64,000 bases of DNA, taken from assembly GCA_013151915.1 (NCBI GenBank), contig JAADHJ010000033.1:37642-101641 (forward strand). Direction: 5' to 3'. The notes beneath the pieces are model-generated. The model worked only from the letters and a program-made list of their open reading frames with translations, had not been told where the DNA came from and ran no database searches. Shown here in pieces: positions 37,403-44,389 of the stretch. The position numbers were made by a program, and so were the translations under genes. This DNA comes from Deltaproteobacteria bacterium (lineage in GTDB: Bacteria > BMS3Abin14). Every line of letters starts with the position of its first letter. Position 1 is the first letter of the stretch.

Positions 37403-40180
37403 TTACCCTCCCGAGACTTCCGGCCCTGTTTCATTCGAGGCCTGCAGTCTCTTTTTCTGGATCTCCTGAACAGTCTTTTTTATCTTGGTAAGCTGTCCTC
37501 CAACATCTCTCTCCTCAACCACGATTCTTTCCGTCTTCTCCACCGCCACGCAGGTAATACCCTTCTCCTTGACTGCATTGTATTCGAAAAGGGCGTTAAC
37601 GTGCACATCCCGGTAGTGGGTGGGGACAAAGATAGTCCCGGGCATGCTCCGATCGGTGACCTTGGCCTGAACCTCCGTTATCCCCTTCATGCCCGTCAAC
37701 CTGATCCAGTCCCCGGTCTTGATCTCAAGGGTCTCCGCATCCTTGGGGTTGACCTCCGCCACGGCGGCAGGGGCGACCTCATTGAGTCCCTTGGCCATTG
37801 TTGTAGTCGTTCCCGAGTGGTAGAGCAGGGTCCCGGGAATCAGTATGTAGGGATAATTGGCTGTGGCCTTTTTGGGCTCCTGATAGGTGACGGGCCTGGC
37901 GCGGCCCAGCCCGCTGGGAAACCTGTCCATATGGAGAACTTCGGTTCCCGGATGGTCGGTCCGTGGGCACGGCCAGTGGAGACCGTTTTTCTCCAGTCGT
38001 TCGGGTTTGATGCCCGCGTAAAACGGGATAACATGGGCGATCTCTTCGGTTATATCCATGCCGTTGGTAAAATCCATGGGGTACCCGAAAAGGGTCGACA
38101 GCTCGGCGATTATCTTCCAGTCATCCCGTGTGTGGCCCTTGCTCTTAATGGCCTTCCTGACACGCTGGACGCGGCGGTCGGTGTTGGTGAAGGTTCCGTC
38201 CTTCTCCGGGCCGCATGATGTTGGGAGAACGACATCTGCAAGAAGCGCCGTGTCGGTGAGAAACATGTCCTGAACAACAAGTAGATCCAGCTTCTTAAGG
38301 GCTTTTTTCACCGTCTCCCGGTCCGGAAAAGAGGAGAGGGGGTTTTCCCCCATAATGTACAACCCTTTCAGCCGACCCTTCAGGGCCGCAAGGATCATTC
38401 CCTCGGCGGAAAGCCCATCCTTGGCGGACAGCGTCGTTTTCCATTGCCCCTCGAACCATTCCCTTATCCCCTCGTCGGCCACCGGCTGATACCCGGGGAA
38501 AAACTCGCACAGGGCGCCCATGTCCATGGAGCCCTGCACGTTGTTATACTCCGACATGGGAATAACACCGGCTCCGAGCCGTCCCACATTCCCGGTGATG
38601 AGGGCGAGGTTTACCGCCGCCGCTACCGTGTCCTCCCCCGTATAGGGGCTCGCCGCTCCAAGGGTGATAATAATGGTGGCATGCCCGGCTGCGGCCAGCA
38701 GGCGGGCCGCTTCGCGGACCTGCTCGGACGGAACACCCGTTACATCCTTCATCTTCTCAGGAGCATAATCCTGCAGGGAGGTCCGAAGTTCCTCCACACC
38801 CGTCACACGTTTCTCACAGAACCTCTTATCCTCCAGTCCTTCATCGAAGATAGTAAAGGCCATGGAGTTCAGCAGGGCGACGCTTGTCCCCGGGGAATGC
38901 CGCATCCAGCTGTCGGCAAACCGTGCAATCTTGACTTTCCGGCTGTTGGCGACGAGAAGCCCGGCATTCCCCGACCGAACCTGTTTGATGACCTTCAGCC
39001 CCGCAACATGATCATCCTCCGTGATGTTCGAATCCAGGGTGAAGATGAGGTCCGAGTGGGTAAGATCGTTCAGGGTATTGGTGGGAGCCTCAACACCGAA
39101 GGCCTTCCTGAGGGCCTCCATGCCGGGAAAATGGGCGAACCTGGCGATGGAGTCGACATTGTTGGTGCCGACAGCCGCCCGCATGAATTTCTGGAAAAGG
39201 TAGTTCTCCTCGTTGGTGCACCTGGCCGAGGCGATGCCTCCCAGAGCATCCGCTCCCTTTTCATCGCGGATCCTTGTCAGACCGTTTACGATGTATTCGT
39301 AGGCCTCATCCCAGGTGGCGGTAACCAGTTCGCCGTCCTTGCGCACCCTGGGCTCGGTTATTCTGTCGGGGTGGTGGACGTACTCGTAGCCGAACCGTCC
39401 CTTGCAGCAGAGGAAGCCGCTGTTGATGGATCCTTCATCATCAACGCCAAGAACATGGTAAATCCGGTCACCCTTAACCTCGAGATTAAGGGTGCATCCC
39501 ACACCACAGAAAGGGCATGTGGTACGGACCGGGGTCAATTCCCAGGAGGGGGCTGTGTACTTGTAGATCCTGCTGTAGAGGGCTCCCACCGGACAGGCCT
39601 GGATGCATTGGCCGCAGAATTCGCAGTCCAGCATTCTGGCAAAGGAAGGTTCAACGACCGTTGGGAAGCCGCGGTTGGTGAAATCCAGTTCCCCTTCCCC
39701 CTGCACTTCATCACAGATCCTTACGCAGCGGCCGCAGAGGATGCAACGGTTCTGGTTCATCTCTATCAGGGGAGACAGATAATCGATCCTCTTTTCCACC
39801 TTGATGTACCCGAACCGTCCGTAATCCTTCCCATGCTCAAAGGTCATATCCTGAAGGCGGCAGCGCCCCGACTGGGGGCAAATGGGGCACTCCAGCGGGT
39901 GGTAGGTCAGGAGAAGCTCCAGGATCGTTTCACGGGCCCTCCTGACCCGGGCAGTATCGGTGTGGATATCCATACCGTCGGCAACGGGTACCACGCAGGA
40001 CGCGAAAAGCCGGTCAGACCCTTCAACCTCCACAACGCACATGCGGCAGGATCCGAAGGGCATCAAATGCTTGTAGTCGCAGAAGGTGGGAATATCCACA
40101 TCCAGCATGCGCGCTGCCTCCAGGATGGTGGTCCCCCTTGGCACTTCTACCTTTTTGCCGTCAATGGTGACTTTGAACAT
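37403..40180 (-). CDS. NuoG/FdhA-like Fe-S molybdopterin-oxidoreductase-fold subunit, copy 2 (no Cys/Sec Mo ligand)
   Basis: 925 aa. N-terminal 2Fe-2S and 4Fe-4S cysteine motifs (CDYKHLMPFGSCRMC; HPLECPICPQSGRCRLQ; CILCGRCVRICDE; CEFCGQCIQACP; CPFCGVGCT). The region aligned to FdhF [16 protein letters not shown] reads VDSIARFAHFPGMEAL. Confidence 0.75.
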   Translation of the reverse strand: MFKVTIDGKKVEVPRGTTILEAARMLDVDIPTFCDYKHLMPFGSCRMCVVEVEGSDRLFASCVVPVADGMDIHTDTARVRRARETILELLLTYHPLECPICPQSGRCRLQDMTFEHGKDYGRFGYIKVEKRIDYLSPLIEMNQNRCILCGRCVRICDEVQGEGELDFTNRGFPTVVEPSFARMLDCEFCGQCIQACPVGALYSRIYKYTAPSWELTPVRTTCPFCGVGCTLNLEVKGDRIYHVLGVDDEGSINSGFLCCKGRFGYEYVHHPDRITEPRVRKDGELVTATWDEAYEYIVNGLTRIRDEKGADALGGIASARCTNEENYLFQKFMRAAVGTNNVDSIARFAHFPGMEALRKAFGVEAPTNTLNDLTHSDLIFTLDSNITEDDHVAGLKVIKQVRSGNAGLLVANSRKVKIARFADSWMRHSPGTSVALLNSMAFTIFDEGLEDKRFCEKRVTGVEELRTSLQDYAPEKMKDVTGVPSEQVREAARLLAAAGHATIIITLGAASPYTGEDTVAAAVNLALITGNVGRLGAGVIPMSEYNNVQGSMDMGALCEFFPGYQPVADEGIREWFEGQWKTTLSAKDGLSAEGMILAALKGRLKGLYIMGENPLSSFPDRETVKKALKKLDLLVVQDMFLTDTALLADVVLPTSCGPEKDGTFTNTDRRVQRVRKAIKSKGHTRDDWKIIAELSTLFGYPMDFTNGMDITEEIAHVIPFYAGIKPERLEKNGLHWPCPRTDHPGTEVLHMDRFPSGLGRARPVTYQEPKKATANYPYILIPGTLLYHSGTTTTMAKGLNEVAPAAVAEVNPKDAETLEIKTGDWIRLTGMKGITEVQAKVTDRSMPGTIFVPTHYRDVHVNALFEYNAVKEKGITCVAVEKTERIVVEERDVGGQLTKIKKTVQEIQKKRLQASNETGPEVSGG

Positions 40181-40209
40181 GAAATTTCCTCTGCCGACGA
40201 ATTCTTAAC

Positions 40210-40252
40210 GTTGATAGGGTCGTAAAAAATCCATTAATGGCTTTTTATTCCT
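40210..40252 (-). repeat. Family A fragment: solo hairpin 5
   Basis: gggtcgtaaaaaatccattaatggctttttattcc; overlaps the stop codon of the NuoF-GltD fusion gene. Confidence 0.5.
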
Positions 40253-43200
40253 CGTTATCACATCGGAGACAGCGACGTGCTTCCTTCATGGCCGTCTCCA
40301 CGGTAAAACCCAGATCGACCTCCGCAAAACCGAGAAGCCTTTTTTCCATCTCCATGGTCGGCATTTCAGGCCTTGCAAGATGCATGTCTTCTTCGGTGAG
40401 CTCAAGCGGCTTAATGGAATCAATGTTAGGCATGGTGATCCTGTATTGGGGGACCACATCCTCCCCGTTGAGATAGAGTTGCATGTGGGCTGCCGCCCTC
40501 TTTCCCGCAGCAATGGCGTCTATGACCATCCATGGGCCTGTTACAACATCCCCGCCGGCGAACACACCCTCAACGTTGGTCATCTGGGTAAAAGGATGGG
40601 CCTCAAGGGTGTTCCACTTGGTGATGTCCAATCCCTGGGACTTTTCTATGAAGGAGAGGTCCGGCTTTCCGCTGATGGCCACGATCAGGTTATCCAGTTC
40701 CATGTCGAACTCGGAACCCTCTATTGGAACCGGCCGGCGTCTGCCGGATGAATCCGGCTCACCGAGTTCCATCCTGATGCACTGCACTCCCGACATTTTT
40801 CCACCGGAGGTGAGGATTTTTACCGGTGCAACCAACTGAACCAACTCAGCGCCCTCTTTAAGCGCCTCCTCGATCTCCATATCGTCGGCGGGCATTTCCT
40901 TCTTGGTCCTGCGGTAAAGGATGGTCACCTCGGACCCCAATCGCCGCGCGATCCTGGAAGCGTCGATGGCCGTGTTTCCACCCCCGACAACCCCAACCTT
41001 CTTTCCGAGGAGTACCTTCTCACCGAGGTTGACCCTCCGCAGGAATGAAAGGCTCTCGTACACACCTTCAGCATTCTCACCCGGAATTCCCATTTTCAGA
41101 TCCACGTGGGCCCCGGTGGCGATGAACACCGCCTCATGATCCATGCGGATCCGGTCGAAACTGATGGTCTCGCCGATGCGGGTGTTGAGATAAAACTCGA
41201 CACCCATCCTCTCGATAGCGTGGATCTCATGTTTCAGGGTATCCCTGGGCAGACGGTATTCCGGAATTCCAAGGGAAAGCATTCCTCCGGCAATCGGCTG
41301 GGCCTCGAAGATGACCGGGGAGTAATCGTCCAGGGCAAGATAATGGGCCGCTGTAAGACCGGCCGGGCCCCCTCCGATGATCGCCACCTTTTTGCCTTTT
41401 CCGGAGACCTTCCGGACGTTGATCCTGTATCCGCCGGAAGACTCCTCCTTGGCCGCGAAGTCCGCAGCTACACGCTTCATGTTCCGGATACTGATGGGCC
41501 TGTCCAGCTCACCACGGCGGCACTTCCCCTCACAAGGATGGTGGCAGACCCGGCCGCAAACGGCTGGAAGCGGGTTGGTAAGGCGGATAAGTTCCAGTGA
41601 CTCGGTAAACTTCCCCTCCCCTATGAGCGTGAGATAGGCCGGCACGTCGGTCTCGATGGGGCAGACGTGCTGGCACGGGGAGGAGATGATCGGTTTGCAT
41701 ACCACCGCGGGGCATCTCTTGTTGATAATGTGAGCCTCGTATTCCTGGCGGAAATACCGGAGGGTAGAGAGGACGGGGTTGGGAGCCGTCTGCCCAAGGC
41801 CGCAGAGAGATGCGGCCTTGATCTCCTTGCCCAGATCCTCGAGGTTCTTCATGTCGTCCATGGTACCCTCTCCCGCCGTGATGCGTTCGAGGATTCCCAG
41901 CATGGTCTTGGTTCCCATGCGGCACGGTACGCACTTTCCACAGGACTCCGCCGTGGTAAACGAGAGGAAAAACCTGGCCACATCCACCATGCAGGTCCGC
42001 TCGTCCATTACGACTACTCCGCCGGAACCCATCATGGCGCCGGCCTGGATGAGAGAGTCGTAGTCGATGGGGGTATCGATGACCTCCGAGGGCAGGCATC
42101 CGCCTGACGGGCCGCCAAGCTGGGCGGCCTTGTACTTCTTGCCGCCCACAATCCCACCGCCGATGTCGTAGATTATCTCCTTGAGCTGGGTCCCTGCCGG
42201 AACCTCGATGAGCCCGGTGTTCTGGATCTTCCCTGTGAGGGCGAAAACCTTTGTGCCTTTAGTGCCTTTCGTTCCCACCGCGGCATAGCTATCGGCGCCA
42301 TTGAGGATGATGGGCGGCACGTTGGCAAAGGTCTCGACGTTGTTTATGTTCGATGGCTTGGCCCACAGACCCTTATGGGCCGGGAAAGGGGGTCTGGATC
42401 TGGGCATGCCCCGTCTGCCCTCGATAGAGGCCATCAGGGCGGTCTCCTCTCCGCAGACAAAGGCGCCGGCGCCCTCTTTTATCCTCAGGGTAAAGGAAAA
42501 ATCTGAGCCCAGAATTTTCTCACCCAGGTAGTTTTTTTCTTCGGCCTGGGCTATGGCGATCTTCAGACGTTCAATGGCCAGTGGATACTCCGCGCGGCAG
42601 TAGATATAGCCATACCGGGCTCCTATGGCGTAGGCGGCAATGATCATCCCCTCTATTACGGCATGAGGATCCCCCTCCAGGACGCTCCGGTCCATGAACG
42701 CGCCTGGGTCTCCCTCATCGGCGTTGCAGATAAGATATTTGGGGTCCCCCGCGGCGTTGGCGCAGAACTCCCATTTCAGCCCGGTGGGAAACCCTCCCCC
42801 GCCCCTTCCCCTGAGGCCGGATCTTTTCACGACCTCCCTGACGATTGTGGGGGACATTGTATTGATGGCCTTCTCCGCCGCCTTGTATCCATCGGTCTCG
42901 AGGTAGTCCTCCAGTTTCACGGGGTCAATGAAGCCGCAACGCCTGAGGACGACCCGCTTCTGTTTCTTGAAGACGGGCATCTCCTCATAGGTTGGTATCC
43001 CCTCATACGGCTTGCCCCCCTTCGGAACGATCTGGCCGATAGCATAATCGGTGAGAGGCTTTCCGTTTACCAGATGTTCCTTGAGGATTTCCGGGACCAT
43101 TGCGGGTTCGACCTTTGCATAGGTAACACGGGCCCGTCCGGGAAGGGATACGTCAAGCAGCACCTCTTGATAGCACATCCCGATACAGCCGGTTTTCAGA

Positions 43201-43325
43201 ATAGGCACCTGCAAGGAGATGTCCTTCAGTTGATGCTCCACCTCCTGAAGGACTCCCTTGGCCCCCGAAGCAAGGCCGCAGGTCCCCATGCCGATTACGA
43301 TCAATTTATCGCTGTCGTATCCCAT
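40245..43325 (-). CDS. Fusion protein: thioredoxin-like [2Fe-2S] domain + NuoF-like (FMN/NADH, 51 kDa) domain + GltD-like NAD(P)H:FAD oxidoreductase domain
   Basis: 1026 aa. NuoF block GLRGRGGGGFPTGLKWEF...ICNADEGDPGAF...GAGAFVCGEETAL...ESCGKCVPCR. Ferredoxin-like Cys clusters CPAVVCKPIISSPCQHVCP and AVCGRVCHHPCEGKC. GltD-like dinucleotide folds KKVAIIGGGPAGLTAAHYL and KKVGVVGGGNTAIDASR. Confidence 0.8.
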   Translation of the reverse strand: MGYDSDKLIVIGMGTCGLASGAKGVLQEVEHQLKDISLQVPILKTGCIGMCYQEVLLDVSLPGRARVTYAKVEPAMVPEILKEHLVNGKPLTDYAIGQIVPKGGKPYEGIPTYEEMPVFKKQKRVVLRRCGFIDPVKLEDYLETDGYKAAEKAINTMSPTIVREVVKRSGLRGRGGGGFPTGLKWEFCANAAGDPKYLICNADEGDPGAFMDRSVLEGDPHAVIEGMIIAAYAIGARYGYIYCRAEYPLAIERLKIAIAQAEEKNYLGEKILGSDFSFTLRIKEGAGAFVCGEETALMASIEGRRGMPRSRPPFPAHKGLWAKPSNINNVETFANVPPIILNGADSYAAVGTKGTKGTKVFALTGKIQNTGLIEVPAGTQLKEIIYDIGGGIVGGKKYKAAQLGGPSGGCLPSEVIDTPIDYDSLIQAGAMMGSGGVVVMDERTCMVDVARFFLSFTTAESCGKCVPCRMGTKTMLGILERITAGEGTMDDMKNLEDLGKEIKAASLCGLGQTAPNPVLSTLRYFRQEYEAHIINKRCPAVVCKPIISSPCQHVCPIETDVPAYLTLIGEGKFTESLELIRLTNPLPAVCGRVCHHPCEGKCRRGELDRPISIRNMKRVAADFAAKEESSGGYRINVRKVSGKGKKVAIIGGGPAGLTAAHYLALDDYSPVIFEAQPIAGGMLSLGIPEYRLPRDTLKHEIHAIERMGVEFYLNTRIGETISFDRIRMDHEAVFIATGAHVDLKMGIPGENAEGVYESLSFLRRVNLGEKVLLGKKVGVVGGGNTAIDASRIARRLGSEVTILYRRTKKEMPADDMEIEEALKEGAELVQLVAPVKILTSGGKMSGVQCIRMELGEPDSSGRRRPVPIEGSEFDMELDNLIVAISGKPDLSFIEKSQGLDITKWNTLEAHPFTQMTNVEGVFAGGDVVTGPWMVIDAIAAGKRAAAHMQLYLNGEDVVPQYRITMPNIDSIKPLELTEEDMHLARPEMPTMEMEKRLLGFAEVDLGFTVETAMKEARRCLRCDNEE

Positions 43326-43357
43326 CTGCTGCTATATCCTCCTGATGAAGAGTGGTT

Positions 43358-43924
43358 TCATTCTCCCCTCTTCATACTGTCCATTTCGCGGAGGTTCTCG
43401 ATAATCTTCTCCACCTTGACCGGATCGAGTTGCCCCGACGCATCGTCATCTATCATAATGACCGGGGCCAGACCGCAGGCGCCCAGACAGGCTACCTTCT
43501 CGAATGAAGCGAACCCGTCTTCAGTGGTTTGTCCGTGTGTAATACCCAGGATCGACTCCAGCTTTCCAATGATGCTCTTGCCGCCCCTGACGTGGCAGGC
43601 CGTACCTGAACAGGCCCTGATAATGTGACGTCCCCTGGGTGTGAGATGAAACTGGGTGTAAAAGGTCAGGACTCCGTAGACCTGGCTGCGGTAGATGCCC
43701 ATCCCGTCGGCAACCATGTCGGCGGCCTCCTCGGGAACGTAGCCATAGACCCTCTGAACGTCCTGAAGAACAGGGATCAACATCCCCTTGGTTTCATGGA
43801 GCGAATCGAGAATCTTCAGCACGGCAGCCAGGTCGATCTCCTCCTCGACCTCCTCGATTCCCGCGTCCTCCCTTACGTCCTCCAGTGTTACCTCGGTAAC
43901 ATCGGCGCTCACCGCCACCTCCAC
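43358..43924 (-). CDS. NuoE-like [2Fe-2S] 24-kDa-type subunit, copy 2 (acidic N-terminal extension)
   Basis: IIRACSGTACHVRGG...VACLGACGLAPVIMID (Cx4C...Cx3C). Confidence 0.8.
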   Translation of the reverse strand: MEVAVSADVTEVTLEDVREDAGIEEVEEEIDLAAVLKILDSLHETKGMLIPVLQDVQRVYGYVPEEAADMVADGMGIYRSQVYGVLTFYTQFHLTPRGRHIIRACSGTACHVRGGKSIIGKLESILGITHGQTTEDGFASFEKVACLGACGLAPVIMIDDDASGQLDPVKVEKIIENLREMDSMKRGE

Positions 43925-44376
43925 ATATAGTTCACCATATCGATGTACCGTTCATTCATTCCCCTCAGGGAATCCACCAGTTCATCTATGATAAGCTTCA
44001 GAATCTTTACGGCGTCCGCCGGATATTCTTCTACAAACCGGTCGAAGGACGCACGATCCAGCAGGTACAGAACGCTCTCCCCCTTGGCGCCGGCATCAGC
44101 CGAGTGCTCCCCTCCCGAAAGGAAGGTCATGATACCGACGAAACGCCCCGCGGGAACGACACCCAGGTTCTGAGCCTCGCCCTCCTTGGCTCTCTTCGTG
44201 ATTCTGACGGCTCCCTGACCAACCAGATAAAGATCGCCTCCCGTGGTTCCTTCGTTAAAGATCGGCTCCCTGTCCTGGTAGGATCGCTTCTGAAGGACGC
44301 CTGCCAGGTAATTGAGAGCATTGTCCGAAATACCCTGGAATGACTGCATCTGTTTAAGTTGGCCGATTTCAATCAT
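43909..44376 (-). CDS. Stand-alone cyclic-nucleotide-binding (CAP effector-type) domain protein
   Basis: 155 aa. PIFNEGTTGGDLYLVGQGAVRITKR...GRFVGIMTFLSGGEHSADAGAKGESVLYLLDRASFDRF. No HTH or output domain. Confidence 0.7.
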   Translation of the reverse strand: MIEIGQLKQMQSFQGISDNALNYLAGVLQKRSYQDREPIFNEGTTGGDLYLVGQGAVRITKRAKEGEAQNLGVVPAGRFVGIMTFLSGGEHSADAGAKGESVLYLLDRASFDRFVEEYPADAVKILKLIIDELVDSLRGMNERYIDMVNYMWRWR

Positions 44377-44389
44377 CTTTCATTCCTCC

